From the IMG/VR virus record IMGVR_UViG_3300017971_000007: a stretch of DNA of 64,000 bases. One strand, 5' to 3'. Shown piece by piece: positions 9,877-17,013 of the stretch. The translations under genes were made by a program, and so were the position numbers. The first letter of the stretch is position 1. Each line of letters begins with the position of its first letter. This DNA comes from a virus. The notes beneath the pieces are model-generated. The model was not told the DNA's origin and made no database searches. It was given only the letters and a program-made list of their open reading frames with translations.

Positions 9877-10655
9877 TAGATTTCAATGAAATAGCTAAGA
9901 GAAAAGCCCACCTAGACATCGCTTCAAGGTGTCTAGGTGGGGTATGTTCTGGTCTTGCTAAGCAGGCCTCTCTATACGGTGCTCTGCAAACGACCATTGC
10001 CGGAAGACATCCTGATATAGCAACAGTAGATGCGTTATCTGAATACGACAAAAAAGATGAATCTGTTTTCTCTAACGAGGACATATCCAAAAAAATCGAA
10101 CCTAGTAAGGGATTAGGTAGAGAGCTCCCAGTTTCAGTTTCGGATACGTATACCGATTTTCATGAACTTGATAAGCATGCGTATGTCGGGAAATTGCTTC
10201 GATTGGGAAGAAGAACGGCTTCGAACTTGGCGGGGCGGGGAGGAATAGCAGGGAGAGTGGGTAGAGTTCTTCAAAGCCCTATAAGAAGTCCCATTAAGAC
10301 CACCCAACTAGGTGAGGGTGTCGGTAGAGTTAGGTCATTGCAGTCACCATTAGGTAGAGTCAAGGCCCCGAAAGTTGATACACAAGTTAAGGCAGGACCG
10401 TATAGAACATCGGCAAAACCTGATGTCAAAGTGAAGCCTACTGTGACAGCCAAACCTGAGATTTCCTCAAAAGAGAAACCAGTCACCAAACAAAAGGGCT
10501 TAATCAGGTCTCTCGTGCCGGGTGCGTTAATGGCTACAGGAGCGTACGGGCTGTACAAAGGTGTCCCAGCTGCGGTTAATTATGCTTCAGAGTCAGCCAG
10601 ACATCCACTTCCTTACAATTTCGGCTATCAACAATATCCGTATACACAGGGATAA
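9873..10655 (+). CDS. Putative head-internal/ejection protein (true start probably 9873, ATGA overlap with tube stop)
   Basis: LAKQA and FHELDKHA motifs; basic middle region; C-terminal LVPGALMATGAYGLY segment. Confidence 0.45.
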   Translation: MIDFNEIAKRKAHLDIASRCLGGVCSGLAKQASLYGALQTTIAGRHPDIATVDALSEYDKKDESVFSNEDISKKIEPSKGLGRELPVSVSDTYTDFHELDKHAYVGKLLRLGRRTASNLAGRGGIAGRVGRVLQSPIRSPIKTTQLGEGVGRVRSLQSPLGRVKAPKVDTQVKAGPYRTSAKPDVKVKPTVTAKPEISSKEKPVTKQKGLIRSLVPGALMATGAYGLYKGVPAAVNYASESARHPLPYNFGYQQYPYTQG

Positions 10656-10684
10656 CTCCCGGAATTTGCCTCCTTCTGGGAGTT

Positions 10685-10720
10685 GAAGTCATGGGGGATA
10701 CCAGCTCCCATGACTTCTTT
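10685..10720 (+). terminator. Intrinsic terminator of the structural operon
   Basis: gaagtcatggg...cccatgacttc followed by ttt. Confidence 0.65.
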
Positions 10721-10721
10721 A

Positions 10722-10771
10722 TAAAAAAATGTCCCGCCCAGAGACCACGTCGAGAAGAATCTGAGCGGGAC
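10722..10771 (-). terminator. Intrinsic terminator for the minus-strand genes 10794-11262
   Basis: Minus strand: gtcccgctcaga...tctgggcgggac followed by a, then 7 T. Confidence 0.7.
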
Positions 10772-10793
10772 GGCTCGAGGAGTAGTACACAGA

Positions 10794-11096
10794 CTATCCT
10801 GAATTTATCATCAGTGTCAATGAATCTAGTATCAAGACATCCCTGCTATCTAGATTCTTGAATCTCTTTCTTTCGGAGATTAAATCCTCTACCAAATCTC
10901 TCTGTTCTCTGGACAATTCTCTATCTATTACCAGAGACAGAGGAGCTAAATCTTCCCCTAAGAGTGGGAAGAAGATGGATTTGTAAAAAGGGGGAACTTC
11001 TTCCTTGATGTCCTCAGTCTTAAGAAATTCAGGGGGACTTGGAGGTTCTGGAGGCTGTATTTTCAAGAATTCAAAAACCCGACCCTCTTTGGACAT
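10794..11096 (-). CDS. Hypothetical protein
   Basis: 100-aa ORF overlapping the RHH gene; followed by a terminator. Confidence 0.6.
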   Translation of the reverse strand: MSKEGRVFEFLKIQPPEPPSPPEFLKTEDIKEEVPPFYKSIFFPLLGEDLAPLSLVIDRELSREQRDLVEDLISERKRFKNLDSRDVLILDSLTLMINSG

Positions 11097-11262
11097 CCTC
11101 TGTCTCCTGTTTGTTAATGATTGCTCTGATGATCATAGAGGCACTTATTCGTTTTCCGGTAGCCTTTCCGTAAAAATCAGCCAATTTATCGATATAAGAC
11201 TTCTGATGGTCTGATAGCTTAACCATGACGAATCGATTGATACCTTGCTTTTTCTTGGGCAT
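11071..11262 (-). CDS. Ribbon-helix-helix (CopG-like) DNA-binding protein
   Basis: RFVMVKLSDHQKSYIDKLA...ISASMIIRAII. Confidence 0.65.
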   Translation of the reverse strand: MPKKKQGINRFVMVKLSDHQKSYIDKLADFYGKATGKRISASMIIRAIINKQETEDVQRGSGF

Positions 11263-11293
11263 AATTTAGATTAAACCATATCTGGAGGAAGAG

Positions 11294-11620
11294 ATGCCAT
11301 TACTAATTAATTCACCATCAATGACAGAGGTCACTGCTACGACACAAAAAAGTGTTTCTGTTATGCATATAACCAATTTCGAGGTCAAGATAGATCCAAA
11401 CACACAAGCCGTGAGTGTAAAGATCCGATGGGCAGCAGGTTATATGGAGGCAGGAGTTTTCTATCCTACTGCCAGATTTCAGAAACACTTTCAGGGAGAA
11501 GCTGTTTCTCAGCTTGCGCTGGGAGCGACTTCCGGTGGCTCCTTGTTTGCGGAAATGAAATCCGCGTTGTGGCAGTTGCTCGTAAGTGCAGGGGAGGTCC
11601 CTGCCGGTGTAATCCAGTAA
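11294..11620 (+). CDS. Hypothetical protein
   Basis: GGAGG RBS, 108 aa. Confidence 0.6.
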   Translation: MPLLINSPSMTEVTATTQKSVSVMHITNFEVKIDPNTQAVSVKIRWAAGYMEAGVFYPTARFQKHFQGEAVSQLALGATSGGSLFAEMKSALWQLLVSAGEVPAGVIQ

Positions 11621-11717
11621 CGTAGGAGGAAGATACCCAGAAAGAAGAAAACCAAAAAACAAGTTCAAGAACTACAGACCAGTAAATGTTACATTTTAAC
11701 TGTCAGATGGAGGAAAA

Positions 11718-12128
11718 ATGAAACTAATTTTGATGTTGCTATTCTGCGTCATTGTTTTGGTTCCTCTGCAGGCTGAAGCTGCAGAGGATAATAGTGAAAC
11801 CGAGATTCAAAAAGCCGGAACCGAGATCCCTTATGGGCTGCCTACGGATAACATCGCCCAAAAAGATTGTTTGTCCGAATCATTTGTTGCTCGATTGGAG
11901 CAAGACAACAAGGAACATGCGTTAGCGCTGCGCGGTGATGCCGTTGCAGCATCATTCATTCGACAAATAATTTACAGACGGCAAAATTTTGCCTTCGAAA
12001 TGAATTTTCGAAGTAAAAGATCGCTAGAAGAAAATTCTGTGAGGCAAAATGGGCGTCGTATGGTGCTCAAATATCCCCTAAAACTGGGAGTTCATGGGAC
12101 AGAAACTACACTAAACTTTTACTGCTGA
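11718..12128 (+). CDS. Secreted hypothetical protein
   Basis: Signal peptide MKLILMLLFCVIVLVPLQAEA; GGAGG RBS. Confidence 0.6.
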   Translation: MKLILMLLFCVIVLVPLQAEAAEDNSETEIQKAGTEIPYGLPTDNIAQKDCLSESFVARLEQDNKEHALALRGDAVAASFIRQIIYRRQNFAFEMNFRSKRSLEENSVRQNGRRMVLKYPLKLGVHGTETTLNFYC

Positions 12129-12278
12129 GAAGGAGGCCACGGGTTCTGGTACAGAACCCCTAGATATTCGGCCAGAGTGCCGGACACTTAAGGTTCTTGG
12201 ACTAATATGCAGGACCGTGGACTCTGGTAATGGTGCCAGAGTCCAAATTTTATCGCTTAGTAGTGGTTGGTTTTTTCT

Positions 12279-12321
12279 TATCCCCGTACTTGATACCTGA
12301 ACAAGTACGGGGATATTTTTT
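12279..12321 (+). terminator. Intrinsic terminator
   Basis: tatccccgtacttg/caagtacggggata (14-bp arms) followed by T6. Confidence 0.75.
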
Positions 12322-12590
12322 GGGCTGATTTTTTAGCTCTGTTGAATGTCTTGAATCAAGACATTCATATCATGAACTGAAGTTCTTGTCAACTGATCCA
12401 AGATGTACATCCATCCACCTGGATCACCAAAAAAGATGTACAACTGTCCAACCAAAACATGCACCCGTAAGGGTGATTTTGGGGCCGTTTTTGGGGGTAT
12501 TTTCTGAAGCTATCTTCAAGATTTTGCATAACCTGACGCTTAAATCTTGAAGATCGTTTTTTGGAGTCTGTAGTTCTGGGAGGAGGTAGT

Positions 12591-12740
12591 GAATCGATTA
12601 AGAAAAAAATTTTTTTTCTGGAGACGTTCACTTTTCTATATCTTTCTATATATCTTTAAACACGGTTAGTTGAATAAAGAAACAATGAAAGATAGAAATA
12701 AAATATTTCTCCAGAAAAAAAATTTCTTCCTGATTGATTC
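12591..12740. repeat. ~150-bp AT-rich imperfect palindrome in the long intergenic region (candidate origin)
   Basis: gaatcgattaagaaaaaaattttttttctggaga versus tctccagaaaaaaaatttcttcctgattgattc; inner tatctttc/gaaagata and tcttta/taaaga pairs. Confidence 0.6.
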
Positions 12741-12992
12741 TGAGTCAGGGTTCTTCAACTATACTAAACCTCGAAATTTCCATAGATAGCACCAGCTATC
12801 TATGGAAACACTGTTTTGGGTACACCCAAAATTTCGCACGGATCAACTTTTTTTGGACAACGAAGTTGGTTTCAGTGTGTCTGGCTTTATCCCAGCTCAT
12901 GATTGAAGTCAGAAATGGTTACGAGTTGTCCAGTTATTTCGCAGGAGGTACCAGAATCTAGCAAGAAATCTTTCTGAAGACCTAAAAAACAG

Positions 12993-13021
12993 TTGAACGG
13001 CAGAAAAGAAACGATTATAAA
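12993..13021 (+). promoter_or_regulatory. Sigma70-type promoter upstream of the histone gene
   Basis: TTGAAC-17nt-TATAAA, followed by AAGGAGG RBS and ATG at 13042; the -10 lies inside the palindrome acgat-tataa-atcgt. Confidence 0.6.
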
Positions 13022-13041
13022 TCGTCAAAAAGGAGGCAAAC

Positions 13042-13320
13042 ATGCCAAGAGGACGACCGCGCAAAGAAAAAGAAGAGAAAGAAGAAAAGAAGGTGACGAA
13101 GAAGAAGGAAGCCAAAACTGAGGAAGGAGGAAGCAACGGTAACGGTGAAAAGAAGTTCGTTGTTGCTTCCACAGTGAAGACATTCCTCGCGGACAACGAA
13201 ACGAATATCTCTGGGGACCTTGTCCAGAGTCTGAACGAAAAAGTTCAGAGTGTCCTGCAAGGAGCCATTATCCGTGCACAGAACAACGGCCGAAAGACGG
13301 TCAGGCCTGTCGACTTATAG
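13042..13320 (+). CDS. Bacterial-type histone-fold protein with N-terminal AT-hook and charged tail
   Basis: FVVASTVKTFLADNETNISGDLVQSLNEKVQSVLQGAIIRAQNNGRKTVRPVDL resembles Bdellovibrio Bd0055-type histones, including the RKTVxxxD clamp; N-terminal PRGRPRK. Confidence 0.85.
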   Translation: MPRGRPRKEKEEKEEKKVTKKKEAKTEEGGSNGNGEKKFVVASTVKTFLADNETNISGDLVQSLNEKVQSVLQGAIIRAQNNGRKTVRPVDL

Positions 13321-13344
13321 AGGATTTCTGGGCTAGAATTGGTT

Positions 13345-13515
13345 ATGACTGATGCCCAGAAAAAATCGTTTTTCGATGAGCTAACAAAAATTTCCATGGT
13401 AGGCGAAGTCCCTAAAGTTACGTTGAGGGATGTCGCATCTAACCCAAAACCTCCGACAGCGAAAACCCCGCCGATCAGAGTACCTAAACCTCCAACCCTA
13501 TTTAAAAAAATTTAG
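13345..13515 (+). CDS. 56-aa Pro/Lys-rich peptide with FDELTKIS motif (not in ORF track)
   Basis: MTDAQKKSFFDELTKISMVGEVPKVTLRDVASNPKPPTAKTPPIRVPKPPTLFKKI*; N-terminus matches ORF 4308 (SFIDELEKIS). Confidence 0.6.
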   Translation: MTDAQKKSFFDELTKISMVGEVPKVTLRDVASNPKPPTAKTPPIRVPKPPTLFKKI

Positions 13516-13536
13516 GGTTGGAGGTATGGAGGTGAG

Positions 13537-14148
13537 ATGTTTTTTGTGATCGAAGGACCGAATGGTTCTGGTACCACATCTGTGTCCAGAGTTCTTAGGA
13601 AGAAGATTGTTGATGAGCTTCGGATTCCGGCTATGCTCACTCACGAACCGTCCGGATTACCAATCGGCTCACTAATCAGATGCGTTCTCAGGGGTGAGAT
13701 AGAAGTCGATACTCGTGCTCTCGCTCCCCTATTCCTAGCTGATGCTATCGATCATAATAGGGCCATATCGAGATACGTTAATCCGAAAGGAGATTGTATC
13801 GTCGTATGTGATAGGTACGTGTACAGCAATTATGTGTACCAGCAGGACCTGTACCCTAAAAAAGTACTAGAGGGGTGGTTAGGGTTGATAGATTTGGTCC
13901 CTGATGCCGTATTTGTTCTGGATGCAGACCCTGAAGTCTGCATCCAGAGAATAAAATCAAGAACTAAGGACAAACAAATCCATGATTCATTTGGTGTTGA
14001 TAGACTCGCGGAGTTATCTAACAGGTACAAGAACCTAGCCAAAATAGGGAATGAGACTATTCATTATATCGATGCTAATCTGGTTCTAGAGTCTGTTGTC
14101 TCGGCAATCTTCTCAATCATTGAGAATCTTCTCCGCAATACAATCTAG
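13537..14148 (+). CDS. tmk: Thymidylate kinase
   Basis: FFVIEGPNGSGTTS P-loop variant, THEP, VVCDRYVYSNYVYQ, PDAVFVLD. Confidence 0.9.
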   Translation: MFFVIEGPNGSGTTSVSRVLRKKIVDELRIPAMLTHEPSGLPIGSLIRCVLRGEIEVDTRALAPLFLADAIDHNRAISRYVNPKGDCIVVCDRYVYSNYVYQQDLYPKKVLEGWLGLIDLVPDAVFVLDADPEVCIQRIKSRTKDKQIHDSFGVDRLAELSNRYKNLAKIGNETIHYIDANLVLESVVSAIFSIIENLLRNTI

Positions 14149-14452
14149 CGCATATCCTGGATACACTCTCGCATCGTTTTCTGAGGCTCTTAAAGACGAG
14201 TTTCTTGTACTTGGAGCGCATCAACAGCTTTCCATTCCACGACACCATCCTATATGTGCGGAGATACCCCATATGGAATCTTTCGGTCATATCCTCTACA
14301 GCACAGTTGTATAGATTACCCGATTCCCACACAGCACAGAGTAATTCCGCGTCTAGGTAATGAATCAGATATATGGATGTGGGTGGTGGTCCGTGACTAA
14401 TGTGCAGCCAGTGTTTTCTGTCTGCACAGTAGTTTATCTTTGAAGCTTTCAA
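14117..14452 (-). CDS. Hypothetical protein
   Basis: ATGA-coupled to 14449-14838. Confidence 0.5.
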   Translation of the reverse strand: MKASKINYCADRKHWLHISHGPPPTSIYLIHYLDAELLCAVWESGNLYNCAVEDMTERFHMGYLRTYRMVSWNGKLLMRSKYKKLVFKSLRKRCESVSRICARLYCGEDSQ

Positions 14453-14838
14453 AGCTTATTCGCTTCCTCGTCCATCTTGTCCAAGGCCTCGTACAACTCC
14501 GCGTTGTCCGATATTTCGAGTACATGTTCTATGGTTTTGTTGTGAGCATCGTTTCCAGAGTTGTGGGACAGAATCAGGTATCTGTGGAGGGTGTTGGTCA
14601 TCTTCTGCGCGAGTAAAATTTCATCATCGTTCAGGATATTGCAGTTTTGCAATATCCTGAAGAGTGCCGAAATCTGCGCCTGGACGAAGTAAATAGCCTC
14701 GGTGAGGCTGGGTTGAGAAAAGCCAACTCCTACGAAGTCTTTCAGGAGATCTTCCAGGTTCATTTCTTTTGTCGTAGAATTGCTCTCATTGGCATTATTT
14801 AGCATTTCTTGGGGATAGAATACATCTTTTGTTTCCAT
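14449..14838 (-). CDS. Hypothetical helical protein (start revised to METKD)
   Basis: Purine-rich RBS before the ATG at 14838. Confidence 0.55.
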   Translation of the reverse strand: METKDVFYPQEMLNNANESNSTTKEMNLEDLLKDFVGVGFSQPSLTEAIYFVQAQISALFRILQNCNILNDDEILLAQKMTNTLHRYLILSHNSGNDAHNKTIEHVLEISDNAELYEALDKMDEEANKL

Positions 14839-14861
14839 TTTCTTTCCTTTCCCTTTGAATA

Positions 14862-14894
14862 TGCAGATCTCATGTGGTAGACATGAGATCTGCA
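14862..14894. promoter_or_regulatory. Perfect 14-bp inverted repeat between divergent genes (candidate operator)
   Basis: tgcagatctcatgt-ggtag-acatgagatctgca. Confidence 0.55.
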
Positions 14895-14908
14895 AGAAGG
14901 AGCGTAGG

Positions 14909-15208
14909 ATGCACGAATTTAAGCCGTACATCAAGTTTACTCAGGACGAAATTAAGGTCGCTGAGATTCTGTTTAACCACGGTAAAGTGCTGAATGCTAG
15001 AACAATAGCCGCATTCATGTTCGAGGTCACAAACCCGTCAGTTGACCAGAAGCAAATAAGAGCGGTGAGGAATGCATTTAGAAAACTTGTCAGAGAAGGC
15101 CTGATTGTGGCAGAAGCCAGAGGATATTATAGAACGACTGAAAAATTTGAGGAGCTGAAAAAATCTGGTTCATTGAACGAGGTTTTATCAGAAAATTCTA
15201 GTGACTAG
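14909..15208 (+). CDS. Winged-helix DNA-binding protein
   Basis: FTQDEIKVAEIL...LNARTIA...RAVRNAFRKLVREGLIVAEARGYYRTT; AAGGAG RBS. Confidence 0.7.
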   Translation: MHEFKPYIKFTQDEIKVAEILFNHGKVLNARTIAAFMFEVTNPSVDQKQIRAVRNAFRKLVREGLIVAEARGYYRTTEKFEELKKSGSLNEVLSENSSD

Positions 15209-15905
15209 ATTCCTTATACAGAAAAACGGAGATGTTTTAATGAATCAGAAATCAGAATGCTTTCTGGCGATGAAATTAGATGATACTCAGAGGAGATCGT
15301 GGGAGTGGCTTAATAAGAATTGGGACTGCTCTGACGTTATGAGAGTGGCCTTACGTCAATCTCTAGGGATTGTGGAAGAAATTGGCGAACTCTCTGAAGC
15401 AATTGATGACCTTGATATCTTCAACATGGCAGACGCAATTGGGGATTGTATAAATTATGCTCTGAATCTTTTATCGGCTTTCGATATTAAAGCCTCGGAG
15501 ATACTAGGTTCAATGCCTAAGAGAATAGAGGATTGTGACGATGACTCAGGTTCTGTATTCAATGTTCTTGAAGCCTTCAATGTAGCCTCCAAAATCTGCA
15601 ATCACGTTCTTAAGTTCGACCAGGGCATTAAGAAGGACGTGGATCATGTTCAGGAAATTAAAGAATTGATGCCGAGCTTATTCTTCGAGCTCGAAGAAGC
15701 GTTATTTGAGACAGGATATCCCGAGTCGTTTGGGATGGGCATAGTGGATACTGTCAGGGAAGTGGTTGACGAGGTTGTACTCAGGGATTGGGTTAATCAC
15801 CCAAACGATGCCAGGGAGATAGCTCATGAAAAATTTCACGGAGGCGGAGATAAAGTCTCTGGTAGCTCTGTGGAGGATAAGAGCAAGACACAATCTTCCG
15901 ATTGA
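15201..15905 (+). CDS. MazG-like nucleotide pyrophosphohydrolase
   Basis: GIVEEIGELSEAI...ADAIGDCINYALNL; second degenerate MazG-like repeat. Confidence 0.75.
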   Translation: MTRFLIQKNGDVLMNQKSECFLAMKLDDTQRRSWEWLNKNWDCSDVMRVALRQSLGIVEEIGELSEAIDDLDIFNMADAIGDCINYALNLLSAFDIKASEILGSMPKRIEDCDDDSGSVFNVLEAFNVASKICNHVLKFDQGIKKDVDHVQEIKELMPSLFFELEEALFETGYPESFGMGIVDTVREVVDEVVLRDWVNHPNDAREIAHEKFHGGGDKVSGSSVEDKSKTQSSD

Positions 15906-16128
15906 TGTCATGGATATCGTGGTGGAGATATCATGCACCTCACATCCAATAACAAAACGGAGAGTAGTCAGGGCTTTGAACAATCTTGTGAGTAGAGGGT
16001 TAGCTCTAAAGAAATGCGAATTAACTAAATCTGGAAACGAACTTTGCAGATGGCTAAGTGATATGGGTCTCAGATTAGAGAAATATCACCTTGACCATAT
16101 GACAGGTTCAAGTTTTTACGAGGACTAG
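15826..16128 (+). CDS. Putative winged-helix protein
   Basis: FTEAEIKSLVAL...RRVVRALNNLVSRGLA...ELTKSG; N-terminus similar to ORF 14909. Confidence 0.55.
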   Translation: MKNFTEAEIKSLVALWRIRARHNLPIDVMDIVVEISCTSHPITKRRVVRALNNLVSRGLALKKCELTKSGNELCRWLSDMGLRLEKYHLDHMTGSSFYED

Positions 16129-17013
16129 ATGCGTCAATACCTAAACGCAGTAAGAGAAGTTATAAGTAGCGGCACGCTCAAGAAGAACAGAACCGGAGTA
16201 GATACTATTTCTACTTTCAACATCAATTACGAAATTGATTTGAGAGAGGGATTCCCTCTTCTCACGACAAAGAAAATGTCTTGGAAGAATATTGTTATTG
16301 AAAGCCTCTGGTTCTTGTCCGGAAAAATTAACTTAGAACTTTTGAGAAAGCATGGTTGCAAGTTCTGGGACCCTTGGGCTGATAAATACGGTAATGTACC
16401 GAGTGCGTATGGAAATTTTTGGAGGCATTTTCCGACTGAAATAGATGGAGACGGTACCTTATATTTCCTAGACCAGATTAGGACAGCAGTTGATGAGCTG
16501 AAGTCAAATCCTATGAGCAGAAGAATTGTTGTGTCTGCCTGGTCTCCTGGTAACGCGTGGTTCAGTAAGCTGCCTCCATGTCATGCGATGTTCATATTGA
16601 ATGTGCAAATAGATGAACGTGGGGAACCTATTCTATGCCTTCACCTAACTCAGCGGAGTTGTGATATGGGATTGGGAGTCCCTTACAACATCGCCGGGTA
16701 CTCGTTTCTACTTCATCTGTTCTCAAGATTCACCGGAATAAAAGTTGGGATATTTGCTCATACTCTAGTTGATGCTCACATCTATGTTGCTGAGAAAGGA
16801 AGTGAGAACGAGAAATTTGACCACCTACGACCCCTAAAAGAGCAATTGCAAAGGTTTCCAACAAGACTCCCCAATCTTATCATTCACAGGGATATCCAGA
16901 CTCTTGAGGATGTGCAGGCAGTAATTTATGAGGAGACGGATACCATTCTAGAAACATTCAAATTAGTTGATTACAATCCTGCTCCAGCAATCAGGATGAA
17001 GGCGGCGGTATAA
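16129..17013 (+). CDS. thyA: Thymidylate synthase
   Basis: NRTGVDT, FPLLTTKK, LPPCH, QRSCDMGLGVPYNIAGY, DAHIY. Confidence 0.97.
   Translation: MRQYLNAVREVISSGTLKKNRTGVDTISTFNINYEIDLREGFPLLTTKKMSWKNIVIESLWFLSGKINLELLRKHGCKFWDPWADKYGNVPSAYGNFWRHFPTEIDGDGTLYFLDQIRTAVDELKSNPMSRRIVVSAWSPGNAWFSKLPPCHAMFILNVQIDERGEPILCLHLTQRSCDMGLGVPYNIAGYSFLLHLFSRFTGIKVGIFAHTLVDAHIYVAEKGSENEKFDHLRPLKEQLQRFPTRLPNLIIHRDIQTLEDVQAVIYEETDTILETFKLVDYNPAPAIRMKAAV

Noticed and set aside
12137-12220. Cloverleaf-like fold as a tRNA
   Set aside because: Lacks a TTC T-loop, a 7-nt anticodon loop and a CCA end; kept only as a generic structured RNA candidate
12389-12961. ORFs 12389-12631(-) and 12734-12961(+)
   Set aside because: No RBS, non-ATG starts, atypical composition and overlap with the palindromic A/T tracts; treated as non-coding
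16129-17013. thyA as a dUMP/dCMP hydroxymethylase for base modification
   Set aside because: Retains canonical ThyA motifs, including the dUMP-specifying Asn (PYNI), and is coupled to DHFR
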